From positions 3,142 to 67,141 of the forward strand of contig CAYUAI010000010.1 in NCBI GenBank assembly GCA_964442745.1: a DNA stretch of 64,000 bases, in the 5' to 3' direction. The notes below the pieces were generated by a model. That model searched no databases, was not told where the DNA came from, and worked only from the letters and a program-made list of their open reading frames with translations. Source of the DNA: an uncultured Chromatiales bacterium (GTDB taxonomy: Bacteria > Pseudomonadota > Gammaproteobacteria > S012-40). Positions 41,172 through 50,940 of this stretch are shown piece by piece; the stretch's first letter is position 1, and each line of letters opens with the position of its first letter. Both the position numbers and the translations under genes were made by a program.

Positions 41172-41438
41172 ATGGTTATGTCATTAGATGGCGGAGATGT
41201 ATTGATTAGGAAAGAGTATACCGTAGTCAGTGTAGAAAAAACTGAAGCGCCTGAAGGTGGGGGAGGGGGTGAATGGTACCGCTATGTTGTTGGCCGCGAT
41301 AAATCTACCATTGTCGGCAATATGCGCGGGACATTACAGCAAGTCACGCACTATGCTAAAGAATTTGTAGAGAATCTAAATTCTCGCACTGGTGTTCCTA
41401 AAGTTCGTTCCGCTTGGGTATCATCGACCAAAAAATAA
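41172..41438 (+). CDS. Small hypothetical protein (89 aa) with a Gly5 run
   Basis: The RBS gagagggggg sits immediately 5' of the ATG. The sequence reads MVMSLDGGDVLIRKEYTVVSVEKTEAPEGGGGGEWYRYVVGRDK.... I recognise no family. Confidence 0.35.
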   Translation: MVMSLDGGDVLIRKEYTVVSVEKTEAPEGGGGGEWYRYVVGRDKSTIVGNMRGTLQQVTHYAKEFVENLNSRTGVPKVRSAWVSSTKK

Positions 41439-41857
41439 CTGTAAATATATACTCAATTGTGCGCCGCGTGGTTTATGCTGTGTTTGGTAAGAGAAAATTT
41501 TTGATGGGATTCTGTGCCGTTGGGTGTTTATTATATCAGCAACAGCGCAATGAGATACTGTTAATAAAATAGCGATATCGATTCCTTCATCGGTACGCAG
41601 AAAGGGGTGCCAGCAGCTATAGTCTATAGTCGATTAATTTTTGAAATCGCAATTGTCCCATCTTTCATAAGTTGGCTTGCCTTTTTTTATAACAGGCTGC
41701 GTAGCTTATTCTCTCACCTTCGTGTCTCATCATGGAGGTATCGTAAAAGTGATTTAACAGAGCCTTGGGGATGTGAGAAATACCTGCTATGATAAATGTC
41801 ATTATGTTAAATGAAACCTAGGTGAGAAAGCGGATTGCCGTTTACGATATAATTTTT

Positions 41858-42274
41858 ATGAAGATAGCAGGTTGGTTATTATTTTTCTTTTTGTTTGCAT
41901 GTCCGGTTGTGATGGCTAATTCCTTGGCTCCTTGCCTAGATTCACTAAATTGTGTTTCTTCGCTTGCTGAGAATGCTAAGAATAAGGTAGCGCCTTTGAG
42001 TTATAGTGGCGATTTGGAGATCGCTAAACAGCGTTTATTATCAATAGTGACGCAGTTGCCTCGAACGGTTGTGGTATCAAATGATGGTAATTATATTCAT
42101 GTGACTCAAGCCTCATTTGTATTTCGCTTTATTGATGATATTGAATTTATGTTTGATGACGTCGCGAAATTGATCCATGTTCGCTCGGCATCCCGAGCAG
42201 GTTATCTAGATTTTGGTGTGAACCGTAAGCGTGTGATTAATATTCGCGCATTGTTTGATCATGCATCTGAGTAA
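41858..42274 (+). CDS. DUF1499 family protein (secreted)
   Basis: The signal peptide is MKIAGWLLFFFLFACPVVMA. The motifs LAPCLDSLNCVSS, FIDDIEFMFDD, VRSASRAGYLDFGVNRKRV are characteristic of DUF1499. The ORF track start at 41822 is a GTG. Confidence 0.55.
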   Translation: MKIAGWLLFFFLFACPVVMANSLAPCLDSLNCVSSLAENAKNKVAPLSYSGDLEIAKQRLLSIVTQLPRTVVVSNDGNYIHVTQASFVFRFIDDIEFMFDDVAKLIHVRSASRAGYLDFGVNRKRVINIRALFDHASE

Positions 42275-42702
42275 ATTTTTGTTCGGTACTAACATTTAAG
42301 GAATGGGTAGAGCGAAGCCCATCAGTCACAAATCAAGATCTGAATAGTGGTTGCCAGAGTAATACAAATTGAGTGGTGAATTGCCACTAAGTGGCGATTG
42401 AATTTATTTGTGTGCTTTATCTTTCGTTTTAAATTCCCCCTCTCTTTCTCCCACCCCCCGAATTTTACTGCCCATTACTTGTCACTGCGGCTAAATTTTT
42501 CCGCTTAGTGTGGTGACAGTTTATGCCGCTTGTTGGTCAAGTTGTCTCAAGGCTAGTCATTCGGGCAGGGGATTGGGTTAATAAAATACAACAAAATACA
42601 TTTTTTCAGTAGGCTACTGGTATTGCTAGCTCGGCCGTTTAATGATGGCACGAATAACGCATTATATGTAAATGAATTAATTATTAAACAAATTATTATT
42701 TT

Positions 42703-43080
42703 ATGAAATTACAAAATACGGATACTGATTTCTATTTAGATTTTCAAAGTTTGAGTGCCCTGAAGCATGGAAAACAGAGCCAGTCGTTGGATGGACTACG
42801 CGAAGTGGCTGGTCAATTTGAAGGAATGTTTGTCAAGATGATGCTGAAAAGTATGCGAGATGCCAGTCTAGGAGATCCGATATTTGATAGTGAAACCAGT
42901 AATCTCTATCAATCGATGTTGGATGATCAGACGTCAATGAATATAGCTAAAACGGGTGGGTTAGGTTTGGCGGATATTATTGTTGAGCAACTTGCTGGTA
43001 CGGTGGATCAGCGCGTCACTAACGAAAAGCCAGAAGTACTTACGTCAGAAAACGATAACCCCTATTCCGCTCATGAATAA
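42703..43080 (+). CDS. flgJ: Flagellar rod-assembly protein FlgJ, rod-binding domain only (no glucosaminidase domain)
   Basis: QFEGMFVKMMLKSMRDASLGDPIFDSETSNLYQSMLDDQTSMNIAKTGGLGLADIIVEQL matches the FlgJ N-terminal Rod_binding domain. The protein stops at 125 aa. Confidence 0.7.
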   Translation: MKLQNTDTDFYLDFQSLSALKHGKQSQSLDGLREVAGQFEGMFVKMMLKSMRDASLGDPIFDSETSNLYQSMLDDQTSMNIAKTGGLGLADIIVEQLAGTVDQRVTNEKPEVLTSENDNPYSAHE

Positions 43081-43093
43081 TTTTGAGATATTG

Positions 43094-43135
43094 GTTGGCT
43101 TCGTTTAAACGAAGCCAACAACTCTTTTTATAGGG
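43094..43135 (+). terminator. Rho-independent terminator after flgJ
   Basis: ttggcttcg-tttaaa-cgaagccaa, a 9 bp perfect stem, followed by caactcttttta. Confidence 0.55.
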
Positions 43136-43258
43136 TTTTCTCAGGTCGCCTGTTTGACGGGGGGGGACTGAATTATCTATATTATCAGCATGAACGGCAG
43201 GGAGTGTTCTATAGTTAGCACGAAGCAGAACTCATCAATATAGGTTTAGGAGATATCA

Positions 43259-45262
43259 GTGGGCGGCGACATCTTGCGAGTTGGAACAAGTGGGTTAGCG
43301 GCGTTTAAGAGCGCGCTATCGACAGTTGGCCACAATATTTCCAATGTCAATACCGAGGGATATTCACGTCAGCGTGTTGATCTAGTTAATCGATCAGGGG
43401 CCGCTTCTGGGGCTGGATTTATCGGTGGAGGTGTCTCTGCGACAAATACGCGTCGATTTTATGAAGAAAATGCTGTTTTGCAAGTGCGCAACCGAACGAC
43501 AGCGGTAGAACAGAGTTCGATTTATTACGATTTGGCCTCTCAGGTAGATAATTTAATTGCAGATTCTAAAGCTGGCATTGCTCCATCTTTATCCGATTTT
43601 TTTAATGCCGTACAAGCGGTCGCTGATGATCCTGTTTCTTTGCCGGCGCGTTCGGTGATGCTGTCGGAGGCGAATACCCTGACGGATCGTTTTCAACTAA
43701 TGTACAAATGGGTTGATGATTTACGTAATTCAACCAATGCGCGTTTAGAAAATTTAGTGACAGACATTAATAGTATTGCAGACTCGGTTGCGCAAATGAA
43801 TAAAGATATCAAAATAGCGCTAGGGCAAGGGGGGGGGCGAAATCCCAATGATCTATTGGATCGTCGGGACAATTTAATTAGCCAGTTAGCGGAAAAAGTG
43901 CAGGTCAATACGGTTTCTCAAAGCGATGGTACGGTAAATGTTTTTATCGGTAGTGGTCAAAGCATTGTGCTAGGGGAACAGTCAATGAATTTACAAACTC
44001 GCCCAGACCCCAATGATGCAAATAATTATGAAATTACTTATGCCAACAATGGTGTGGGTAGCATTACTTTTCCGATAACCAATAGTTTGAAAGGGGGTGA
44101 GTTAGGTGGCGTATTGGATGTTCGGAAGAATATCATCGATACCGCGCTAAATCAATTGGGGCGTTTAGCCATCGGTTTAGCCACTAAATTTAATGAAATT
44201 CAGAATCAAGGGATGGACTTAAATGATGATTTGGGCGTTGATTTTTTTAAAATACCTCAACCTGAGGTATTCGCGAATACGAACAATACAGGGCGCGGGG
44301 TATTTTCTGCCACAATTAGCGATATTAGTGTTTTGTCCGCGGCGGATTATCGATTAACACTCCGTAACGCTAGCACTTATAAATTAGAAAATTTGCAAAC
44401 CGGAGCCATCGTGGATTTTAATATTCCAGGGGATGGTCCTCCTTTTAATTTTGATGGGGTGGATATAAATTTAACAGCAGGGACCGTTAATGTGGGTGAT
44501 GTGTTTCAAATTCGCCCGACTCGCAATGGGGCGCGAGATATTGGTGTGCGTATTGACGATGCGACAAGAATTGCGGCGGCATCGCCTATCAGGTCTGAGG
44601 CGAAGATAGCAAACTTGGGCAACGGGAAAGTGAGTATTGCGACGATCAGCGATATTACCAATGCGGTTTTTACCACCACGGCTAAAGCATTATCTCCCCC
44701 TATTATGGTGCAATTTGATAATACGGTGGCTGGCGCACCACTGACCTATACGCTCTATGATAACTCTGTACCTGGCGCACCGGTGGCGATGCCTGGTAAT
44801 ACAAATATAGCGTATGATCCACGTGTTGGTGCCGATATATTTCCTACGGCCGCCGGCCTGGATTATGGGTACCGAGCAAGGCTCACCGCGACACCTCGGC
44901 CGGGAGACCAATTCACCTTTGGTTATAATAGTGCGGGGATTGGTGATAATAATAATATGTTAGCGCTTTCTGAATTGCAGGAGCAGGGGATTTTTTCCAA
45001 TGGCGTCGCGACATTCAATGATACATATAGCCAATTTGTGGTTGATATTGCTCATAAAACAAGAACAGCCGAAATAAATAGAGATGCGCAACAAGCTTTA
45101 TTGAATCAAGCGAAACAATTTCGAGATGCGATTTCAGGGGTTAATCTTGATGAAGAAGCCGCGAATTTAATACAATTCCAGCAAGCTTATGCTGCCGCCG
45201 CTCAGGTAGTATCAGCCTCAGAGCAAATGTTTCAGACACTTATTTCAGCCGTGAGAAGATAA
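43259..45262 (+). CDS. flgK: Flagellar hook-associated protein 1 FlgK
   Basis: The GTG start follows an AGGAG RBS. The N-terminus is LRVGTSGLAAFKSALSTVGHNISNVNTEGYSRQ. The C-terminus is NLDEEAANLIQFQQAYAAAAQVVSASEQMFQTLISAV. Confidence 0.9.
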   Translation: MGGDILRVGTSGLAAFKSALSTVGHNISNVNTEGYSRQRVDLVNRSGAASGAGFIGGGVSATNTRRFYEENAVLQVRNRTTAVEQSSIYYDLASQVDNLIADSKAGIAPSLSDFFNAVQAVADDPVSLPARSVMLSEANTLTDRFQLMYKWVDDLRNSTNARLENLVTDINSIADSVAQMNKDIKIALGQGGGRNPNDLLDRRDNLISQLAEKVQVNTVSQSDGTVNVFIGSGQSIVLGEQSMNLQTRPDPNDANNYEITYANNGVGSITFPITNSLKGGELGGVLDVRKNIIDTALNQLGRLAIGLATKFNEIQNQGMDLNDDLGVDFFKIPQPEVFANTNNTGRGVFSATISDISVLSAADYRLTLRNASTYKLENLQTGAIVDFNIPGDGPPFNFDGVDINLTAGTVNVGDVFQIRPTRNGARDIGVRIDDATRIAAASPIRSEAKIANLGNGKVSIATISDITNAVFTTTAKALSPPIMVQFDNTVAGAPLTYTLYDNSVPGAPVAMPGNTNIAYDPRVGADIFPTAAGLDYGYRARLTATPRPGDQFTFGYNSAGIGDNNNMLALSELQEQGIFSNGVATFNDTYSQFVVDIAHKTRTAEINRDAQQALLNQAKQFRDAISGVNLDEEAANLIQFQQAYAAAAQVVSASEQMFQTLISAVRR

Positions 45263-45272
45263 AGGATAAGGT

Positions 45273-46481
45273 ATGCGCGTATCGACCATCGGGATGGCTC
45301 AGGCGTCACTCAATACGATGCTAACCCAGCAGGCGAACTTGAGTAAAACTCAGCTGCAAATTGCTTCTGGTAATCGAATGTTAGCGCCTGCTGATGATCC
45401 TTATAGCGCAGCGAATGCACTCAATATGGAAGAGAGAATTTCTATTACAGAGCAATATGAAGAAAATGTGATATTGGCTAAAAATCGGCTCAATCTAGAG
45501 GAAGGAATTTTAGCCAATGTTACGCTGGTCGCGCAGCGGCTTAACGAGTTAATCGTACAAGGTAAAAATGATAGTTTGACAAAAGAAAATCGCCAAACCA
45601 TTGCGGCAGAAGTGAATCAAATGCGTGACCAGCTGTTATCCTTGGCAAATACATCGGACAGCAATGGTGAATATCTTTTTGCGGGGTATAAGGGAAGTTC
45701 AAAACCGTTTACGCCCGATGGGGCTGGTAATTTTATTTACGGAGGGGATAGCGGTCAGCGTCGTATTCGAATCGGTCCGGCAACTAGTCTTCCTGTGGGT
45801 GATTCTGGAAATGAAGTATTTAGAGAGATTCGTACGGGTAATGGAACGTTTCGAGCTTCTGAGAATGCCGCTAACACCGGTACTGGGGTGATTTTTTCCA
45901 ATACGGTGGTCGGTACTTACATTCCCGATAATTACAATATTACATTTACCTCCCCCGCTATTGCAGGTAATCCCCCTGATTATACGGTGACAGATAGTGG
46001 CGGTGGAGTGGTTACCTCGGGCACTTATGCGAATGACAGTGCGATTTCATTTAACGGTCATCAAATCACGATAAAGGGCACACCGCAACCAGGGGATCGT
46101 TTTTTAACCGAGCCGAGCCCTAATCAGGATCTGTTTAAAACGGTGCAGGATTTTGCCGATGCCTTAGTGGTGGATACTTCAACGCCAACCGCGAAAGCGA
46201 TGTATCATAATGCGCTAACTCGGGTGAGTGAGAACTTAAATTCGGCCATGGATAATATTTTTGAGATAAGGTCTAAAGTCGGCGCCAGATTAAATAGCAT
46301 TGACAAACAAGAAATGATCAATGAAACCTTTATGCTGCAAATGAAAACCTCATTGTCAGCAATTAAAGATTTGGACTACGCTGAAGCAATCACTACCTTG
46401 AATTTGCAAATGACAGGACTGCAAGCCGCCCAACAATCTTATACAAAAATTCAAAGTTTATCGTTGTTCAACTACCTTTAG
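45273..46481 (+). CDS. flgL: Flagellar hook-associated protein 3 FlgL
   Basis: MRVSTIGMAQASLNTMLTQQANLSKTQLQIASGNRMLAPADDP with a flagellin-like N/C helical architecture. It lies directly after flgK. Confidence 0.85.
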   Translation: MRVSTIGMAQASLNTMLTQQANLSKTQLQIASGNRMLAPADDPYSAANALNMEERISITEQYEENVILAKNRLNLEEGILANVTLVAQRLNELIVQGKNDSLTKENRQTIAAEVNQMRDQLLSLANTSDSNGEYLFAGYKGSSKPFTPDGAGNFIYGGDSGQRRIRIGPATSLPVGDSGNEVFREIRTGNGTFRASENAANTGTGVIFSNTVVGTYIPDNYNITFTSPAIAGNPPDYTVTDSGGGVVTSGTYANDSAISFNGHQITIKGTPQPGDRFLTEPSPNQDLFKTVQDFADALVVDTSTPTAKAMYHNALTRVSENLNSAMDNIFEIRSKVGARLNSIDKQEMINETFMLQMKTSLSAIKDLDYAEAITTLNLQMTGLQAAQQSYTKIQSLSLFNYL

Positions 46482-46657
46482 AACAGTGTTTTTAAAAGGC
46501 TGAAAATCCCTCAGCTTAATGGCATTGTTATGTCAAAAACTCAACTATACTTAATTTTATCTTGACGATTTGTTAAACGCCTATGAAATGCCTAGCATTT
46601 GCTAATGGATGGTTTAAATTATGGTCAAGTCAACCAAGCCTGATGGACATTTTTTAA

Positions 46658-47764
46658 ATGATGACGGATAAACTAGGTATCGATAGCCATAAGCTTATTT
46701 ACCATCCTAAGTATGTCGCACAATTGTTAGAAGTGGATAATGATTGGCAACGCGCCCAAAAAATATTTCCCCTGTATATCGAAATTTCCCCGGTGGGTGC
46801 CTGTAATCATCGCTGCACATTTTGTGCCGTAGATTATATTGGTTATCAAGCGAGAACCTTGGAGGCGGATAGGCTGATTACATGTTTGCACGAGATGGGT
46901 GCGCTCGGGGTAAAAAGCATTATGTATGCGGGTGAAGGTGAACCCCTGTTGCATAAACGGATTGATGAGATTGTTGTGGCCACCAAACAAGCGGGGATTG
47001 ATATCGCTTTTACCACCAACGCGACGGTGGTTAGCGATATTTTTCTTGATCAGGCATTACCCCATATTAGCTGGATAAAAACCTCTATTAACGCTGGCAG
47101 CGCAGATAACTACGCGAAAATTCATGGTACTCAAGCCAAAGATTTTGATCGAGTGATAGCTAATTTAGAAAAATTAGTTCGTCATAAAAAAAAGAGGGAT
47201 TTAGACTGTACACTTGGGGCTCAAATGCTTTTGTTGCCAGAGAATGCTCATGAAATATTCAGTTTGGCACAACTTTGCCGTGATGAAATTGGCCTTGATT
47301 ACTTGGTGATAAAACCGTATTCACAGCATTTATTCAGCCATACCAACCGTTATGAACATTTAGACTATGCTGAATATATGGCATTGGCGGATGATCTTGA
47401 AAGCCGTTCAAATGATCAGTTCAAGGTGATATTTCGTAAAAATAGTATGTTGCGATACAGTGATAAAGGTGATCGTTCTTACCATAAATGCATGGCAACA
47501 CCGCTGGTTTGGGCATACATAATGGCCGATGGTGCGGTATATGGTTGCAGTGCTTTTTTAAAAGATAAAAAATTTGAATATGGAAACATATATGAAAATA
47601 ATTTTTCAGAAATATGGACCGGAGAACAACGCAAAGTTGGGTTTGATTTTGTTAATACAGAACTCAACATTAAGCGCTGCCGAAAAAACTGCCGTATGGA
47701 AGCCGTCAATCAGTATTTGTATGAGTTAACAGAACAGCGGGTTCCGCATAGGAATTTCATCTAA
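46658..47764 (+). CDS. Radical SAM protein with C-terminal Cys-rich (SPASM/twitch-like) region
   Basis: The radical SAM motif is CNHRCTFC with GEGEP. The C-terminal cysteines are CMATP...GCSAF and CRKNCRME. It is a paralogue of the 53005-54402 gene, and both end in ...NFI. Confidence 0.75.
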   Translation: MMTDKLGIDSHKLIYHPKYVAQLLEVDNDWQRAQKIFPLYIEISPVGACNHRCTFCAVDYIGYQARTLEADRLITCLHEMGALGVKSIMYAGEGEPLLHKRIDEIVVATKQAGIDIAFTTNATVVSDIFLDQALPHISWIKTSINAGSADNYAKIHGTQAKDFDRVIANLEKLVRHKKKRDLDCTLGAQMLLLPENAHEIFSLAQLCRDEIGLDYLVIKPYSQHLFSHTNRYEHLDYAEYMALADDLESRSNDQFKVIFRKNSMLRYSDKGDRSYHKCMATPLVWAYIMADGAVYGCSAFLKDKKFEYGNIYENNFSEIWTGEQRKVGFDFVNTELNIKRCRKNCRMEAVNQYLYELTEQRVPHRNFI

Positions 47765-47818
47765 TACTAGATTTAATTGGACAGTTTTTTGTTATTTATG
47801 GAATTATCTAGATAGATT

Positions 47819-48805
47819 ATGCGAGCGTTAGTGACCGGTGGTGCTGGGTTTATTGGTAGTTATATAAGCGAAGCTTTGCTTAGGCAAGGGCATAGCGTTG
47901 TTATCGTCGATGATTTATCGGCGGGTAAGGAAGATAATATTAAGGCCCTCTTGAGGCATGAGCAAGTCGAATTTCATTGCTTGAATATCACGGAAAAAAA
48001 TCATTTAATGGATATTTTTAATGGGATTGATTGGGTTTTTCATCTTGCTGGTAAAGCAGATATTGTCCCCTCTATTGAACAGCCTGAGGTCTACTTCCAA
48101 ACCAATGTGCACGGTACTTTGAATGTTTTGCTTTGTGCAAAAAAAGCCCAAGTCAAAAAATTTGTGTATGCCGCCTCTTCGAGCAGTTATGGGTTACCCG
48201 ATATTTATCCTACGCCAGAAAATTCACCTATCCGACCACAATATCCTTATGCACTAACAAAATATATGGGAGAAGAGCTAGTCATGCATTGGGGCCAAGT
48301 TTATCAACTTCCGGTGATTTCATTACGCTTGTTTAATGTCTATGGTCCGCGTGCTCGGACACATGGGGCTTATGGGGCTGTATTTGGTGTTTTCCTAGCA
48401 CAAAAGTTTAATGGTCATCCTTTCACCGTCGTGGGTGATGGCACCCAAACGCGGGATTTTACCTATGTTACTGATGTTGCCGATGCCTTTATTAAAGCGG
48501 CCCAATCTGATCAGCAAGATGTTGTTATGAATGTTGGAAGCGGTAATCATTATAGCGTTAACAAGATTGTTGAGTTATTAGGTGGGGATGTGACCTATAT
48601 CCCGAAAAGGCCTGGGGAACCTGATTGTACCTTTGCTGATATATCTAGAATCCAATCCTTGCTGGAGTGGCAGCCATCAATTGACCTTGACCTCGGTGTT
48701 GCCAACATGCTTGAACACCGGGATGATTGGGGCAACGCCCCGGTTTGGTCGGCTGACGCCATCGAAGAAGCAACCCAAGTATGGTTTAATCATCTAACTC
48801 GGTAG
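47819..48805 (+). CDS. NAD-dependent sugar epimerase/dehydratase (SDR; GalE/HldD-like)
   Basis: The protein has the motifs [16 protein letters not shown] (YxxxK) and NVYGPR. Confidence 0.8.
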   Translation: MRALVTGGAGFIGSYISEALLRQGHSVVIVDDLSAGKEDNIKALLRHEQVEFHCLNITEKNHLMDIFNGIDWVFHLAGKADIVPSIEQPEVYFQTNVHGTLNVLLCAKKAQVKKFVYAASSSSYGLPDIYPTPENSPIRPQYPYALTKYMGEELVMHWGQVYQLPVISLRLFNVYGPRARTHGAYGAVFGVFLAQKFNGHPFTVVGDGTQTRDFTYVTDVADAFIKAAQSDQQDVVMNVGSGNHYSVNKIVELLGGDVTYIPKRPGEPDCTFADISRIQSLLEWQPSIDLDLGVANMLEHRDDWGNAPVWSADAIEEATQVWFNHLTR

Positions 48806-48812
48806 GTAATCC

Positions 48813-49409
48813 ATGGTTTTAGAGCAAGCACAAGTTAAGCAAGACTATCTCTATCAACAATCTATTGCTTATTTTAGTTCCATTCTTTCAAATACCTTGT
48901 TTACCGACAGTCGTAATGTTTTGTATGAAGCTGAGTATGGTTTTCATTATGGACTGGAACTCTTATCCGAGGTAGATAACAGTGATGGTAATGTCTATGT
49001 GATAGGCAACGGTGGCAGTGCGGCTATTGCTAGCCATATTGTGAATGATTTTTGTAATACTTCTGGCTTACGGGCACATATCTTACATGAACCAGCGCTG
49101 ATGACCTGCTTTGCCAATGACTATGGTTATGAAAACGCATACGCCTCATTATTGTCACGGGTGGCACGGCAGCAAGATTTATTGATTGCAATTAGCAGCT
49201 CGGGTAATTCAATTAATATTCATAACGCTGTTGATACTGCCCGTCAAATTGGATTAAATGTCATTACCTTGAGCGGTTTTTCCGAGGATAATGGGTTGCG
49301 CTGTATAGGGGATCTCAATATTTGGTTGGATGCCAGCCATTACGGTATGGTAGAGGTAGGTCATTTGTTCCTATTGCATCACTTAGCTGATCGTTACTCC
49401 AAAATATGA
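48813..49409 (+). CDS. SIS-domain sugar-phosphate isomerase (GmhA-like sedoheptulose-7-phosphate isomerase)
   Basis: VYVIGNGGSAAIASHIVNDF and AISSSGNSINIH follow the GmhA pattern. Confidence 0.7.
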   Translation: MVLEQAQVKQDYLYQQSIAYFSSILSNTLFTDSRNVLYEAEYGFHYGLELLSEVDNSDGNVYVIGNGGSAAIASHIVNDFCNTSGLRAHILHEPALMTCFANDYGYENAYASLLSRVARQQDLLIAISSSGNSINIHNAVDTARQIGLNVITLSGFSEDNGLRCIGDLNIWLDASHYGMVEVGHLFLLHHLADRYSKI

Positions 49410-49419
49410 CTTTTTCATT

Positions 49420-50937
49420 ATGAATCGAAAAATTTTATCTTTGGATGAACTCATTGCTTTATCTGAGAAGTATCGAGGTCAGGGAGAGAGCGTCGCCTTA
49501 TGTCATGGTACATTTGATTTATTACATATTGGGCATATTCGTCATTTGGCAGCAGCGCGGCGTCAATGTGACCGGTTGTTGATAACGATTACCGCCGACG
49601 CTTACGTCAATAAAGGGCCGGGAAGACCGGTATTCAATGAACAATTGCGTGCCGAACAATTAGCGGCGATTGAATATATTGATGGGATAGCGATTAATTA
49701 TGATACCACTTCGGTTAATGTTATTCATGCCGTCAAGCCCACGCTTTACATCAAAGGGAAAGATTATGAAAATAATCGAGAGGATGTCACCGGCAATATT
49801 CAAAAAGAAAAAAGGGCAGTTGAATCTTGTGGAGGTGATATCGCTTATACGGATGAGATAACATTTAGCTCAAGCAAGTTACTTAATGAGCATTTTGACG
49901 TATTTTCACCGGAGACTAAAGATTACCTCGATAAATTTAAACAACAGCATTCCTGCAAAGAAGTCATTGCCGTCATCGAAACGTTAAAAGATCTGCGTGT
50001 GCTTGTGGTGGGTGATACGATTATTGATGAATATTATTATACTTCTACATTGGGGAAAAGTGGTAAGTATAATGTATTAGCGGCACGTTTTAACAGTAGT
50101 GAGCGCTTTGCGGGTGGAGCGGTTGCAGTGGCCAATCATGTGGCGGGCTTTGTTAATTCGGTGACGCTGTTTACCGGTTTCGGCGCACAAAAAACAGAAG
50201 AAGCATTTGTTCGTTCTAAATTGAAAAGCAATGTTGAAATTTTTTTTATGGAATACCCAGAGGCTACAACCTTAATTAAAAGGCGTTATGTCGATGACAA
50301 CATGATAAAGTTGTTCGAGGTATATTATGGCGGTGAATATTTGCCAGATAGGGTGCTTAACGAATATGCATGCCAATGGTTGCATCATCATCTCGCCGAA
50401 TTTGATGTGGTTGTTGTACCTGATTATGGCAATGGGTTTATCACTGACTCTATGATTCAAGCCTTGTGTCAACAGTCACGTTTTTTAGCGGTGAATACGC
50501 AAATTAATAGCGGCAACCGAGGTTTTCACGTGATTACCCGGTATCCTCACGTTAATTTTGTTTCCCTCAATGAGCCAGAGTTACGCCTTGCTGCACATAG
50601 TCAACGCATGGAACTCACGGGTTTAATGGATACCATATGCCAATTGTTGCAAGCCTCACATATTGCGATCACGCGGGGCACAGAGGGCGTTTTGATGCAA
50701 GATAGAGGATTGCCTATACATCAAACACCAGCCTTGTCCACCCGCGTCGTTGATCGTGTGGGGGCCGGTGATGCATTTTTAGCGATGGCGAGTATTTTAT
50801 TGGGCGGTGGTGTAAAGAGTGATGTGGTTGCGTTTGTGGCGAGCGCCGCAGCGGCCATTGATGTACAAATCGTGTGTAATCGAGACACCATTGAGCCGGT
50901 TAATTTGTATAAATATATTACTACCTTATTAAAATAA
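49420..50937 (+). CDS. Bifunctional HldE-like protein: N-terminal cytidylyl/adenylyltransferase plus C-terminal PfkB-family sugar kinase (reversed domain order)
   Basis: The N-terminus CHGTFDLLHIGHIRHL is the HxGH nucleotidyltransferase motif. The C-terminus has the PfkB signature DRVGAGDAFLA. Confidence 0.7.
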   Translation: MNRKILSLDELIALSEKYRGQGESVALCHGTFDLLHIGHIRHLAAARRQCDRLLITITADAYVNKGPGRPVFNEQLRAEQLAAIEYIDGIAINYDTTSVNVIHAVKPTLYIKGKDYENNREDVTGNIQKEKRAVESCGGDIAYTDEITFSSSKLLNEHFDVFSPETKDYLDKFKQQHSCKEVIAVIETLKDLRVLVVGDTIIDEYYYTSTLGKSGKYNVLAARFNSSERFAGGAVAVANHVAGFVNSVTLFTGFGAQKTEEAFVRSKLKSNVEIFFMEYPEATTLIKRRYVDDNMIKLFEVYYGGEYLPDRVLNEYACQWLHHHLAEFDVVVVPDYGNGFITDSMIQALCQQSRFLAVNTQINSGNRGFHVITRYPHVNFVSLNEPELRLAAHSQRMELTGLMDTICQLLQASHIAITRGTEGVLMQDRGLPIHQTPALSTRVVDRVGAGDAFLAMASILLGGGVKSDVVAFVASAAAAIDVQIVCNRDTIEPVNLYKYITTLLK

Positions 50938-50940
50938 GTT

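Noticed and set aside
46492-46520. Hairpin gctga-aaatccc-tcagc after flgL as an intrinsic terminator
   Set aside because: The stem is only 5 bp and there is no U tract. It is too weak to call. A promoter for the glycosylation island is expected somewhere in 46482-46657, but no convincing -10/-35 or sigma-28 match was found.
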